This document shows positions 1-10,306 of a stretch of DNA of 64,000 nucleotides, piece by piece. The stretch is from positions 30,053 through 94,052 of the forward strand of contig CAVYVE010000003.1 in the NCBI GenBank assembly GCA_963771925.1, written 5' to 3'. Every line of letters begins with the position of its first letter. Position 1 is the stretch's first letter. A program made the translations under genes and the position numbers. The notes under the pieces were generated by a model that saw only the letters and a list, made by a program, of their open reading frames with translations, was not told the DNA's origin and ran no database searches. This DNA is from an uncultured Phycisphaerales bacterium. Lineage in GTDB: Bacteria; Planctomycetota; Phycisphaerae; Tepidisphaerales; Tepidisphaeraceae.

Positions 1-180
1 CATGTGCCCTGGTATGTCGTTCCCGCCGATGACAAGGAGAATGCCCGGTTGATCGTTTCTCGGATTGTTCTCGACGCGCTCGACGAACTGAAGATGGCAT
101 ACCCGAAGACAACCCCGAAACGCCAGAGGGAATTGAAATCGATCCGCAAGCTACTCACCAACGAGAGCAAGAAAGGCTAG
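1..180 (+). CDS. polyphosphate kinase 2 (PPK2) family protein, C-terminal fragment (5' end outside the window)
   Basis: Frame-1 translation [36 protein letters not shown]...KKG stops at TAG 178-180. The PWYV-PAD segment followed by an amphipathic tail is typical of PPK2 C-termini. Confidence 0.55.
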   Translation, partial: HVPWYVVPADDKENARLIVSRIVLDALDELKMAYPKTTPKRQRELKSIRKLLTNESKKG

Positions 181-184
181 GACG

Positions 185-799
185 ATGGCCACGAAAGAAA
201 CAGAGCGCCCTCCAAGGCTCTTCCTCCTTCGCCACGGCAATACCGATTGGTCTGATTCGCGCAAACATACCGGTCGTACCGATATTCCGTTAAACGCAAC
301 CGGTGAGCGGCACGCTCTGCTCCTTGTGGCGAGACTTAAAGGTGAGAGGTTTGCCCGAGTATTTGTCAGCCCGCTTTTACGCGTGCGTCGCACCTGCCAA
401 CTTGCCGGATTCGCTGATCGTGCCGAGGTCAGTCCAGACCTGACGGAATGGGACTACGGTGACTACGAGGGCACTCTAACCACGGAAGTACATCGCACGC
501 GGCCCGATTGGTATCTTTATCGCGACGGTGCTCCCAACGGTGAATCGCCCGATCAAGTCGCAGTTCGCGCGAATCGTTTCATCGAACGCGTGCGACCGAT
601 CGACGGCGATGTCGCTGCTTTCTCCAGCGCCCAGATCATCCGCATGATCGCGGCCCGCTGGCTCGGCCTTGCGCCGTTGGCCGCAAGATATTTCTATACC
701 GAAACCGCCAGCGTCGGCATTTTGGGCTACGAACATGACCAAAGCCAGCCCGTCGTGCACCTCTGGGACGACGTTGGCGCCCTCGACAAAAACACTTGA
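185..799 (+). CDS. histidine phosphatase (phosphoglycerate-mutase-like) family protein
   Basis: Intact 204-aa ORF from ATG 185. The N-terminus LFLLRHGNTDWS...HTGRTDIPLNATG carries the RHG catalytic-His signature. Confidence 0.85.
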   Translation: MATKETERPPRLFLLRHGNTDWSDSRKHTGRTDIPLNATGERHALLLVARLKGERFARVFVSPLLRVRRTCQLAGFADRAEVSPDLTEWDYGDYEGTLTTEVHRTRPDWYLYRDGAPNGESPDQVAVRANRFIERVRPIDGDVAAFSSAQIIRMIAARWLGLAPLAARYFYTETASVGILGYEHDQSQPVVHLWDDVGALDKNT

Positions 800-811
800 A
801 GAATTGAGATC

Positions 812-2056
812 ATGCAGACCGCTAAGCCGATTCAAAAAACGCCGACAAGAAACGGGGCTGGCGAAGCGCCGTTAATCCTCACAATCAACGGTGGATCTTC
901 CAGCATCAAATTCGCCCTCTTTTCCGCGGCTTCACCTCTCCGACGCGTATTCAGCGGCCAGGTCGAACGCATTGGAGTGCCGGGCACCTTGTTGACGGCC
1001 ACACGTGAAAATTCGTCTGAACTCGACAAACACCCCATTCCCGCCAAGACGTTCCATGACGGCGTTCGAGGCGTCATCTCTTACCTGCGTCAGCGAATCG
1101 GCAAGTCCACCCTCAGCGCGATTGGGCATCGCATCGTCAAAGGCGGCGTGCATCTGGTTGACAACCAACTTATCACGGCAGACGTAATCGCTGAACTTCG
1201 GCGAATGCAGCCGCTCGATCTCGATCATCTGCCGCGCGAAATCGCCCTAATCGACGGTTTTCGCGAGACATTTCCGGAAATACCCCAGATTGCCTGCTTC
1301 GACACTGCGTTCCACAAAGATCTTCCTCGCATCGCCCAACTTCTCCCGATCCCGCGCCGTTATCTGAACGCCGGAGTGCGGCGGTTTGGCTTCCACGGAT
1401 TGTCGTACACGTACCTTATGGGCCAACTTGCCGTCGTGGCCGGCGCGGAAGTTGCGAACGGCCGGGTTATTCTTGCTCATCTCGGATCAGGCGCCAGCAT
1501 GGCCGCGGTGCATAATGGCAAGCCAATCGATACGACTATGGCCTTCACGCCAACATCCGGACTGGTGATGGGAACCCGACCCGGTGATCTGGACCCAGGA
1601 CTATTGGTTTACCTGATGAAAGACCAAAAGCTCTCCACCGATGATATGGACAAGTTCATCTCCCAACAATGCGGGCTAATCGGCGTCTCCGAAACAAGCT
1701 TCGATATGCGCGACCTTCTTGCCGCGCACGGCACCGATACCCGCGCTGCCGAGGCAGTCCAGCTATTCTGCTACCAGGCCAAAAAACACCTGTGTACCCT
1801 GATTTCGACTCTCGGTGGCTTGGACACGATCGTTTTCGCAGGCGGGATCGGAGAACGTGCGCCAGAGATACGGGCTGACATTTGTGATGGCTTAGATTTC
1901 TTGGGATTGAAGCTCGATTCTTCAAAAAACAAACGCGGATGCGATGTCATTTCCCACGACCAAAGCCGCGTCGAAGTTCGAGTCATCGCGACGGACGAAG
2001 AGATCGTTATCGCCCGAATTGCTTGCTCGATTTTGAAATGTCCCGGTGCTCATTGA
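812..2056 (+). CDS. ackA: acetate kinase
   Basis: Intact 414-aa ORF with the ordered acetate/propionate kinase motifs INGGSSSIKFALF, GHRIVKGG, FDTAFH, GFHGLSY, AHLGSGASM, GTRPGDLDPG and FAGGIGE. Confidence 0.9.
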   Translation: MQTAKPIQKTPTRNGAGEAPLILTINGGSSSIKFALFSAASPLRRVFSGQVERIGVPGTLLTATRENSSELDKHPIPAKTFHDGVRGVISYLRQRIGKSTLSAIGHRIVKGGVHLVDNQLITADVIAELRRMQPLDLDHLPREIALIDGFRETFPEIPQIACFDTAFHKDLPRIAQLLPIPRRYLNAGVRRFGFHGLSYTYLMGQLAVVAGAEVANGRVILAHLGSGASMAAVHNGKPIDTTMAFTPTSGLVMGTRPGDLDPGLLVYLMKDQKLSTDDMDKFISQQCGLIGVSETSFDMRDLLAAHGTDTRAAEAVQLFCYQAKKHLCTLISTLGGLDTIVFAGGIGERAPEIRADICDGLDFLGLKLDSSKNKRGCDVISHDQSRVEVRVIATDEEIVIARIACSILKCPGAH

Positions 2057-2248
2057 CTCGCATAAACGGCGTGCCTCATTATCAGTGGCTGACTAGTGGT
2101 CCATTCCGCTTGAATTTTCGGTCATTGTTGCCGATCCTTCTTTCGGGCATGTCGCCCGCGATCAAGGAGGATCGTGATGAACCGAAAGTATACCGTTCGG
2201 TTGTTGGGCTTGTGGTCACGACGAAAACTCCATTCAGACAGGGCCTGG

Positions 2249-2978
2249 TTACCAGCGGCCGAAATGAGCGCCGCCGTCGACGTACAGAATGTGGCCCGTG
2301 ACCGTCTCGGCGTCGGTCAGGTACATGACCGCGTCCGTGATGTCCTTGACCGTCGAAAGCCGACCCATCGGCGACAGGCTCTCCATCACGTCCTCCGGAG
2401 TCGTTTCGGTGAAGCGGCGTGTGGACCACGCCGGGTGCGACGGCGTTCACGCGGATGCCGTCCTTGGCATACTCCATCGCAAGATGCTGGGTGACGTTTC
2501 AAGCCCGCCTTTGGTGATCATCGGCACCGCCGCCGTGACGCCCCGGATCGGGTTGCGGGCCAGGGCCGCCGTGATCGTGACGATGCTCCCGCCGGTCTTC
2601 TGCGCCAGCATTTGCTTGATGGAGAGTTGGGTGACGTACAGGAAGCCCTCGAGGTTCGTCGAGACGAGCGACTTGAAGTCCTCGGCCGTGTAGTCCGTGA
2701 ACGGCTTGGTGAAGAAGATGCCGGCGTTATTGACCAGTACGTCGATCGACTTGAAGCGAGACAGCGCCGTCTCGACGATCCTGGCGGCGGTTGCCGGCTC
2801 GCCGATGTCGCCGTCCACCAGGGCGACGTGGTCGGAAGCCGCGACCTCGGCTGGATTGGGTCACCTTGCGGGAATTGGCAACGACGTTGAAACCCCGTTC
2901 GACAAATGCTTTCACGATTCCCGCGCCGATGCCCTGCGAAGCTCCGGTCACGATGGCTGTCTTCCTTGGGTCGCTCAT
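2249..2978 (-). pseudogene. short-chain dehydrogenase/reductase (SDR), reading frame broken at least 3 times
   Basis: Motifs present: TGASQGIGAGI (TGxxxGxG), NNAG, ITKGGLE / MEYAKDGIRVNAVAPG, and C-terminal HILYVDGGAHFGRW with stop TAA at 2249-2251. The pieces lie in ORF fragments 2727-2978, 2447-2818 and 2082-2477 plus a fourth frame. One shift looks like a lost G near 2485 (acgtcacc where acggtcacc is expected). Confidence 0.8.
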
Positions 2979-3033
2979 GGTTGTTTACCTCGAAATCGTC
3001 TTGGCACTGCAAGACATTTGGTATCCAAGCGGA

Positions 3034-4113
3034 TCAGAAATCCGCGTCCAGCACGATGCGGTAACGGGCCTTGCCTGATTCAAGTCGGGCGAAGGCCTCG
3101 TTGATATTGCTCATCGGGAAGTGCTCGGTCTGCGGCGCGATATTGTGCCGTGAAGCAAAGTCGAGCATCGTCTCGATCGCCACCGGCGAGCCGGTCGGCG
3201 AACCCGAGACGCTGCGCTGCTGCATGATGAGCGAGAATGCCGCGACCGGGATCGGTTCCAGCACGGCGCCGACGACATGCAGCCGGCCGTTCGGCGCGAG
3301 CGTGCCGATCATCGCGTCCCAATCGAGCTTCACGTTGACGGTGCTGATCAGGAGGTCGAAGCTGCCGCCGAGCTTCTTGATCGCCGCCGAGTCTTTGCTC
3401 GAGACGACGTGGTTCGCCCCGAAACCCTTCGCTTCATCGAACTTGCTCTCGCTCGACGTGAACGCCGTCACGTCGCAGCCGTAGGCGGCGGCGAACTTCA
3501 CGGCCATGTGCCCCAACCCGCCGATGCCGATGATGCCTACCCGGTCGGTCGGCTTGGCGTACATCGACCAGCGGCGCGAAGACGGTGATGCCCCCGCACA
3601 GGAGCGGCCCGGCTTCGGCGAAGTTCAGCTTTTCCGGCAGCGGGATGGCCCAGGCCCAGTGCGAGCGGATGTGGGTCGCGAACCCGCCGCGATGACCGAC
3701 GATGGTCGGTTGCACTTGCGGGCAAAGGTGATGGCTTCCCGACATGCACTGGTGACAGTGCATGCAGCTACCCGAGTTCCAGCCGACGCCGACGCGCTGT
3801 CCGACCTTGAGTCCCTTGGCATTCGGACCTACGGCCGTGACCCGACCGATGACCTCGTGGCCGAGAATCGCGGGGTACTGCGAAATGCCCCAGTCATTGT
3901 TCAAGACGGAGAGATCGGAGTGACACAAACCGCAGTGTTCGACAGCGACTTCAACGTCCTCGGCCCCGAGCGGTCCGAGATCAACGGTTTCCAGCACCAT
4001 CGGCTGTTTCGCCGCCTTCGCAACCCATGCCTTATAATTCGTCGCGATCTCTCGACTGTTTCTGGCTGATTGGCGCCGGCCGGCTCGTTGCGGGTTTGGG
4101 TTAAAGTGGACAT
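3034..4113 (-). pseudogene. zinc-dependent alcohol dehydrogenase (CAD/YahK-like), frame-broken
   Basis: Motifs present: CGLCHSDL, GHEVIGRV, the structural-Zn Cys cluster CMHCHQCMSGSHHLC, and the Rossmann motif GIIGIGGLGHMAVKF. The N-part is in fragment 3434-4000 and the C-part in 3034-3564, in another frame. The conserved N-terminus YKAWVAKAAKQP has no in-frame ATG unless a further shift joins it to ATG 4113. Confidence 0.75.
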
Positions 4114-4173
4114 GGCTATTCCTTTCTGCGGTTGAAGCGGTTGTGCGGAAATCGATCGATTCGCGAGATAGCG

Positions 4174-4539
4174 TTAATGCTCGCCATCGTAGAAGAACTG
4201 CTCGCGCGTGATTTTGTCGTCCTTGACGGTGTAGACGCCGACTTCTTCGCGGGTGATGCGCTTGCCGGTGGCTTTAGGGGTGATGTCGAGGGTGAAGTAG
4301 ACGACGAACTGGTCGGGGTTCGCGCCGTTGAAGAACGGGCCGGCCACGGTCTCGCCGTTGAAGGCTTTATCGGCGACCCAGTCCTCGGATTTCTTGATCA
4401 CCGGACCCTGTCCGGCGGTCTCCTTGCCGTCGCCTTCGACGGAGACGATTGTCGGCGAGTACATCGTGCGCATCACGTCGAAGTTCTTCCCCTGCCTGCA
4501 CAACTCCACAAATTTCCTTGCGACCGTTTGAAGGCTCAT
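4174..4539 (-). CDS. small NTF2/SnoaL-like protein (hypothetical)
   Basis: 121-aa ORF from ATG 4539 (MSLQTVARKF...) preceded by a GGAAAGGAA RBS-like sequence. The longer 222-aa ORF-track version has an implausible Arg/Ala-rich N-extension. The fold assignment is by eye only. Confidence 0.55.
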   Translation of the reverse strand: MSLQTVARKFVELCRQGKNFDVMRTMYSPTIVSVEGDGKETAGQGPVIKKSEDWVADKAFNGETVAGPFFNGANPDQFVVYFTLDITPKATGKRITREEVGVYTVKDDKITREQFFYDGEH

Positions 4540-4583
4540 AGTGAGTTCCTTTCCAAAAGAATTGTCCGCCGCACATATCCGAT

Positions 4584-5078
4584 TCAATCGGATGACCGAA
4601 GAGATTGAAATGGTTTGAACACGATCCATGTTAGGACAAGCAAGCCCCCGAAGACGATGACGTTTCGAAGTTGCAAAAAAGAGACCGGTTTCGGACTGGA
4701 GAATCGCCGCACTCCCAGGGTGGCGAGCGATGCCAGCATACGGTTGTGGCCGAACCGAATCGCCATCCGCGATGGCAGAGTTCCGCGCATCCATTGCGAC
4801 GGTAGATGCGCCGGCAGCGCCGCGAGAAGAACGCTCGGCCAACGCGCCATGGGCAACGACAACGGCAAACTCACCAAAACGGCATTAGGCGGCCGAACGA
4901 TCCCGATCTGTCCCGAATGCGGCGCGGCGGGAAGTTGCATGGCGAACCCCGCCAGCGATCCAACAAAGTATGAACTGACCGTGATCGCCGGGATCGCAAA
5001 CTTCGATGGCGATCCCCACACGGTATGCTTCATCCGCAATCCCCGCACGGCCTCGATCTGGCAGGCCACGTCACTCAT
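4584..5078 (-). CDS. hypothetical membrane protein (possibly DUF1772-like)
   Basis: 164-aa ORF with several hydrophobic stretches and a W...FGHNR segment loosely like DUF1772. The call is weak, and a competing plus-strand ORF 4615-5313 looks non-protein-like. Confidence 0.3.
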   Translation of the reverse strand: MSDVACQIEAVRGLRMKHTVWGSPSKFAIPAITVSSYFVGSLAGFAMQLPAAPHSGQIGIVRPPNAVLVSLPLSLPMARWPSVLLAALPAHLPSQWMRGTLPSRMAIRFGHNRMLASLATLGVRRFSSPKPVSFLQLRNVIVFGGLLVLTWIVFKPFQSLRSSD

Positions 5079-5433
5079 GTTGCGCCCAAGTACTCACCGT
5101 AGTTCAGCGCAGAAAGGCTGCCCCAATATACTTTCAACGGTGCGCCTGTCACGAAATGCGTTCCCTGGCGACAGCGATTTAGCCGCATCTCAACTGACAT
5201 TCATGTGTCCGGTTGGCGGAGGACATTCGATCACGGCGGATAATTCCCTTGAGACTTGCGAGGCAATGACGAACGCCGATCGTCGCTATAAGCCTTGGCC
5301 CCGCCTCACCTGATTCGACCGGGACCGACGCGGCTTACGTAGAAAATCGGATGCTCGTTTCCGCAGATTCCCGCTGTCGCGGCCGCCTCTCGCGTAAACC
5401 GCCCCGGCGGAAAACAGGGTAAAACCATGGCTG

Positions 5434-6529
5434 TCAGCGCTTCACGATCTCGGGATAGAACGCAGCATAGAAAGGGGCAAAGCGATCGATGATCCTGGCG
5501 GAGGTCTCATCGCTGAGGTGATTGCGCCAGTCGCCGACGATTCCCTTTCGCAGGGGTGAGGAATTGTCAGCCGTTCCACGCAGTCGCCCTGCGGTGGCGC
5601 GCTCGAAGGCATTGCAACACACGGCGTATTCAATAATTGAACGGTCCACCTGAAGCGAGGCAGATCGCAGTGCCGCACTCAACACCGACGCCGGGTCACG
5701 CGACAAGTCTTCATAACGTAGCATCACGCAATCCCCGCTTTCCTTCCAACTTAACAAATCATGCGCCGCATAGAGAGAAGTGCTCCACTTCATCACGTTG
5801 CAGAATTCAAACAGGGCTCGCTCGTCGAGAGATCGCAGATGATCCATTTGTGGATCGCGAGACATGTGGAACTTGTGAAAGAATTCCGAGACGGCGACAT
5901 CACGGAGATCGCGTACGATGACGAATGTGTGAAATGCCAGCCGGGTCAGCTCCGAGATCGTTTCATGACCATAGCGAAGGTGCCCGTGAAACACTTCACC
6001 AACGGCGACGGCGCTCGAGCTCGTGGTGATCGATCCCGCTCAGCCCCTTGCTGTCCATGTCGATGCAGCGTTGCCCCGGCAGGGTTCCCAGCAGCCGCCA
6101 GAGCCAGGTCGTTCCGGATTTGCCGATCCCATTGGCGATCAGTCGCGCGCCTTCCAATTGTGCCAGCAGCGATTCAACGCCGTCGAGCGACAGGCATGGA
6201 ACCACATTGCCCGCGACACAGTGAAATCCACGCTGCGCAATGACGCGGTTAAAGCGGTTTTCAACAAAATGCGCGACATAGGCTCCTTGCTTCAACGGTT
6301 GCGTCACATACTCGGCAACCGTTCCAAGCGAAGATACGATCGCTTCGTAATCCGTTTTGACAGGCCGGAGGTCTTCCCCTTCCTTGCGGTAGATCAGCAG
6401 ACGCGGCGTCTGACGCACCTTGCGCAGACGAACCATCAGACGAACCCCGCACGAAATCGTCTGCCACGAGTGCGGGATCAGCACGATATCGGTTTCAAAA
6501 GAATCGGCGGCGCTCACGATCTGCCCCAT
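5434..6529 (-). CDS. sulfotransferase family protein with an extra N-terminal domain, one frameshift
   Basis: The 5'-PSB loop IANGIGKSGTTWLWRLL is in fragment 5996-6529. VIVRDLRDVAVSEF, YEDL and RKGIVGDWRNHL are in fragment 5434-5994. The fragments abut in different frames near 5995-6030. Confidence 0.75.
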
Positions 6530-6807
6530 GACATCTGGTGGAATTCCATCCTTCTTCAGCCGACAACAACAGAACCCCCAACGATTGTCAGCCGATGATA
6601 ACGAAACGGAGCTTTGAAAAAACAGAAAAGTCCCGCTTCGTCACAGGGTTCCGATTATTCATGCCCCGACATTCGCCCCTTAAGGTAAACTTCAGAATTG
6701 GAGGACGGCGATGTTCGGCCCTTTTTTCGCGGCTGATCTACCGCGGTTTCGTATCCCGACATGGCAAGAAAAATAAGTGACGCTTTCGATGGTGCCAGCC
6801 GCGGCCG

Positions 6808-8490
6808 TTAGGCCGCAGGGCCGTGACTTGAGCGCAATTTTGCCAAAGCTGCCTGCTCGATCTGGCGGACGCGCTGCTTGGACAGGCCCATTCGGGAACC
6901 AACCTGCTCGTACGTTGCGGGGCGTCCTTCGATCAGGCCGTAATGCGCGGAGATGACGGCGCGCTCGCGTGGCTCCAGGCCGGAAAGGAGCTGCCGGACC
7001 TCGTCGCGATCGGAAACCTCGGCCGCCACGCGGAACGGACGGCGATCGGCCACGCCATCGAACACCGCTTCGCCGTGAACCGCGTCGTGCCCGCGGGCCA
7101 GCATTTGGGGAACGCTGCGGGCAAAGCCCTTCATCAGGGCGAACGTCGCATACGTGCTGAATCGGTTGCCCTTGTGGCAATCGAACGAATCGACGGCGCG
7201 AATCAGCGTGAGATTTCCGTCGCTGATCAATTCCATCAGCGACAGGCCCGGACGCAGATGCTTGCGGGCGACGCTGACCACCAGGCGGAGATTCGCCAGG
7301 ACGATCTGGTTTTTCACATCCGCCATCCGCCGGCGGATGGATTCCAGCGCGTTCAAATCGCGGGCCCGGGCGAATTGCGGCTCGATCTTCCGCCGGGCCG
7401 ATACGAATTCGAATTTGTGAAAATTCAGCTTCAAGAATAGTGCCCGCTCGCGGGCCGGCGAAAGCAGCGGCGTGCGATAAAGATCCTGCAAATACGCGGG
7501 CAAATCGCGCGGAACGCGCGTCTCTTCGCCTTTGAGTTCCCTCGGCAACTCCTCCTGCGAAGCGATCTGGTCGATCACCGCGGCGGCGTCTCTCTGGTGA
7601 TACAGGGGATCATCGATGAACCGAACTTTGCGCCGGCCGAGCTGGGCCAAGCGCTCTTCAACGATGACGCGATAGATGGCCGACTTCGTGCGGCATAACC
7701 GCCGAGCGAGACAGGCGATGGCGCTGCCGCGGCGATAGGCGCGGACGATCTCGGCCCGGTCGATTTCGGACAGTTCAGCCGGGGCGGCCGGGAAAATGGC
7801 CGACTGCGGATTGGCGCGATCGTGATCGCGGATAATGTGGGCGATCGTCAGCGGCGAGCGATTGAGCCGCCGCCCGATCCGACGCGAAATCTCGTTCACG
7901 CAGCAGTGGCAATGATTCGCCAATCGTCGGGCGCGGCGAAGGATTTCGATTTTCTCCGGTTCGGTGGCCTGCGAAAAATTCCCGGCCCGGATAATCTGAT
8001 CGCGATGAACCGCCAGGAATCGTTCGACGTTTCCGAGCAGGAAGCCGACCCGGCGTTTGCCGTCCTTAAAGATGAACCTCCGGGCCGCCAGCCCGCGCCG
8101 CCGCCAACGCTGGATCGTCTTGCTGGTGACATTGAACCGCTGCGTCACATCTTCGATGGTCATCACCGGCTCGGGGGCCTCGGCCTCATACAGATTCAGC
8201 GTTTCGCTGACCTGCTCGATCAGCAACCCCAGATCGTGCTGCAGGGCCATGCCCGTGAGCAGAGCATGATCGACTTGCCTGGGGTGATAGCCGGTGATGC
8301 GATAGATGATGAAATTGAACGGGTAAGCTTTGGCCGGCTCGATTTCGAGCAGAAGTTGTTCTGCCGCCAAAAGTTGCGACAGACGCGCCCCCAGGGGCGT
8401 GAAGGACATCTGCCGACACAAATCGCCGATCTTATCGATCCGGAACTTCGGCACGCTAGATATTATGCTCCTATCCCGGATATCGGTCAA
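6808..8490 (-). CDS. sigma-70 family RNA polymerase sigma factor with an N-terminal extension of about 320 aa
   Basis: Intact 560-aa ORF. The C-terminal third has region 2 (ANLRLVVSVARKH, ELISDGNLTLIRAVDSFD, FSTYATFALMKG) and region 4 (ATYEQVGSRMGLSKQRVRQIEQAALAKLR). The N-terminal part contains three further HTH-like segments. Confidence 0.85.
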   Translation of the reverse strand: MTDIRDRSIISSVPKFRIDKIGDLCRQMSFTPLGARLSQLLAAEQLLLEIEPAKAYPFNFIIYRITGYHPRQVDHALLTGMALQHDLGLLIEQVSETLNLYEAEAPEPVMTIEDVTQRFNVTSKTIQRWRRRGLAARRFIFKDGKRRVGFLLGNVERFLAVHRDQIIRAGNFSQATEPEKIEILRRARRLANHCHCCVNEISRRIGRRLNRSPLTIAHIIRDHDRANPQSAIFPAAPAELSEIDRAEIVRAYRRGSAIACLARRLCRTKSAIYRVIVEERLAQLGRRKVRFIDDPLYHQRDAAAVIDQIASQEELPRELKGEETRVPRDLPAYLQDLYRTPLLSPARERALFLKLNFHKFEFVSARRKIEPQFARARDLNALESIRRRMADVKNQIVLANLRLVVSVARKHLRPGLSLMELISDGNLTLIRAVDSFDCHKGNRFSTYATFALMKGFARSVPQMLARGHDAVHGEAVFDGVADRRPFRVAAEVSDRDEVRQLLSGLEPRERAVISAHYGLIEGRPATYEQVGSRMGLSKQRVRQIEQAALAKLRSSHGPAA

Positions 8491-8591
8491 GGTAAAAGGT
8501 TGGGTGCACGGAACTTGTTGATAGGAGCGATTTTAACCCTTCGTTTTGACTAATTTTCTGCCCCGGCTGATATTGCTTGCCGAGTTATCTC

Positions 8592-10259
8592 ATGTCCATT
8601 GCCCAGTCGTCTCGGCCGCCTTTGACAGTCTCGCCGCACCGGGCGGCACGTAGGGGACAAGCCGGCATTACCGCCGTCGTGTGCGGCGGGCTGCTCGCCC
8701 TGCTCATGGTCTGGGCGGTCGCTTTCCCCCAGACGGGCGACGGCGATGCGATCATGCACTATCTAAATGCGCGCGATGGCCTGTGGGAACCGGCGAAGCT
8801 GCTGGGATCGTGGGCCAGAATCGGGGCGAAAATTCCGCTGCTGATTCCGGCCCAATTCGGGATTCTTCCCGCGCGGTGGATGTCGGCGATCATTTCCGTG
8901 ATTTGTGCGTGGCAGACCATTCGGCTGGCCGACGACCTGGGAATCAAGCGGGCGTGGTTGGCGGCGCCGATGCTGATCTTCCAGCCGTTCGTGTTTACGC
9001 TGGCCGGCGACACGATGACGGAATTGCCGCTGGCGCTGGGGATCGTAATCGCGATTCGTCTGTGGCTGGCACGGCGCGTTTGGACATCGTGCCTCGTTAT
9101 GGGTTATCTGCCAACCGTTCGGCCGGAAGGATTTTTTCTGTGCGCGCTGTGGGCGGCGATGGTGATCGGGACCGAATCTGCCGGGCCGTGGCGGAAACGC
9201 GCGGCGAATGTGCTGATGCTGGGTTGGGGAACGCTGGCGTGGCTTGTGGCTTGCTGGATCGTGCATCGGAACGTCCATTATTTTTTCACGGATTGGTGGG
9301 CATGGCCGGCGGAATCGATGCGGATTTACGGACATGGATCGTTCTTTGCATATCCAAATCGCTGGCCGCTGTATTGCGGGCCGGTTTTATTTCCGCTTTT
9401 CGTGCTGGGAATGATACGAAGCCCCGGATGTACATCCGGGGCCGCGAGTGGCGCTGGAAATGTAGTTCTACTTGCCAGCGGCGGCGCACTTTTGATCCTG
9501 GAAACCACGCTCGGGCCCGAGATTCGCGAAAACGTGCTGCCGTGGGCGGCATTTCTGCTTGCCGGCGCGATTGCCTGGAGTGTTCGCCGGGAAAAGCTGG
9601 CCGTGTGCGTTTGGGTGTTCGTGCTGATCTTCACCCTGCACAGCGTTCTGTGGTGGCGGGGATGGTTCGGATCGTGCGGGCTGATGCGAATCCTGGCGTG
9701 CGTGGGGCCGATCACGGCCATCATCTGTCTGCGCGGCTGGAATTTTGTAGCCGACCGCCTGAGCGGGTTTCACCGAACCCTCGGCGTCGCAGGCATCGCC
9801 GCGATGGGGCTGACGGCGATGGGCTATTATCTGGTCGAGCCGACTCATCAGAGAATTTTTCCGCTGCAGCGCGCCTGCGAATTCGTCACGAAAACCGGGC
9901 TGCTGGCAAATGTGCCGAAGATTATCCTCGGCGATCCGATGGCTCAGGTCTCTTTGCACATGGGGCCGAATCCTTCGAATGTGATGGCGAATCAATGTAA
10001 CCGCGCCGGGGAGTGCAAACGGCTGTTGGATGTGCCGATCGGGTCGGCGGGATTGTGGGACAATCAGCACGCGCAGGCGTGGTTTCATGTGTCGCCGGCC
10101 GATTTGCCGACGCTGGGGTACAGCGTGCTGTTCGAGGCGCGGCAGCGGCCGGCGATTGCGATCGAGTGGCTGGAGCCGGCGAATCTGCCGCGCCAGCAGA
10201 TTTATCTGGTGATAAGGAAGGATCGGGCAGGCGAGATGCCGCCGGATGTGGCGCATTAG
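8592..10259 (+). CDS. polytopic membrane protein, GT-C-like glycosyltransferase candidate
   Basis: Intact ORF starting at ATG 8592, with TTG 8577 also possible. It has more than 10 hydrophobic helices and an early loop with the acidic motif GDGDAIMHY. The resemblance to ArnT/PMT-type enzymes is by eye only. Confidence 0.5.
   Translation: MSIAQSSRPPLTVSPHRAARRGQAGITAVVCGGLLALLMVWAVAFPQTGDGDAIMHYLNARDGLWEPAKLLGSWARIGAKIPLLIPAQFGILPARWMSAIISVICAWQTIRLADDLGIKRAWLAAPMLIFQPFVFTLAGDTMTELPLALGIVIAIRLWLARRVWTSCLVMGYLPTVRPEGFFLCALWAAMVIGTESAGPWRKRAANVLMLGWGTLAWLVACWIVHRNVHYFFTDWWAWPAESMRIYGHGSFFAYPNRWPLYCGPVLFPLFVLGMIRSPGCTSGAASGAGNVVLLASGGALLILETTLGPEIRENVLPWAAFLLAGAIAWSVRREKLAVCVWVFVLIFTLHSVLWWRGWFGSCGLMRILACVGPITAIICLRGWNFVADRLSGFHRTLGVAGIAAMGLTAMGYYLVEPTHQRIFPLQRACEFVTKTGLLANVPKIILGDPMAQVSLHMGPNPSNVMANQCNRAGECKRLLDVPIGSAGLWDNQHAQAWFHVSPADLPTLGYSVLFEARQRPAIAIEWLEPANLPRQQIYLVIRKDRAGEMPPDVAH
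9421..9442. repeat. 22-nt perfect palindrome GCCCCGGATGTACATCCGGGGC (copy 1, inside a CDS)
   Basis: Read directly from the sequence. The same 24-mer AAGCCCCGGATGTACATCCGGGGC recurs at 21722-21745. This copy is in frame within the membrane-protein gene (encodes ...SPGCTSGAA...). Confidence 0.8.
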
Positions 10260-10306
10260 GGCAGGTGCTTTGGCGCGGTGGGCCGGACTCCATACACTTA
10301 ACCGCG

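Noticed and set aside
2180-2202. The AACCGAA...TTCGGTT hairpin between the convergent ackA and SDR genes, considered as a terminator.
   Set aside because: It has only a 7-bp stem with a 9-nt loop and no following T-tract, which is too weak to report as a feature.
4615-5313. A 232-aa plus-strand ORF.
   Set aside because: It has no motifs and an odd composition, and it overlaps a slightly more plausible minus-strand membrane ORF. Neither is strongly supported.
8681-10256. Long ORFs 8681-10000 (+, 439 aa) and 9468-10256 (-, 262 aa) overlap the membrane-protein gene.
   Set aside because: Their translations are Arg/Pro/Gly-rich with no motifs. This is typical of off-frame or antisense shadow ORFs in GC-rich DNA, and the frame starting at 8592 gives a coherent polytopic membrane protein.
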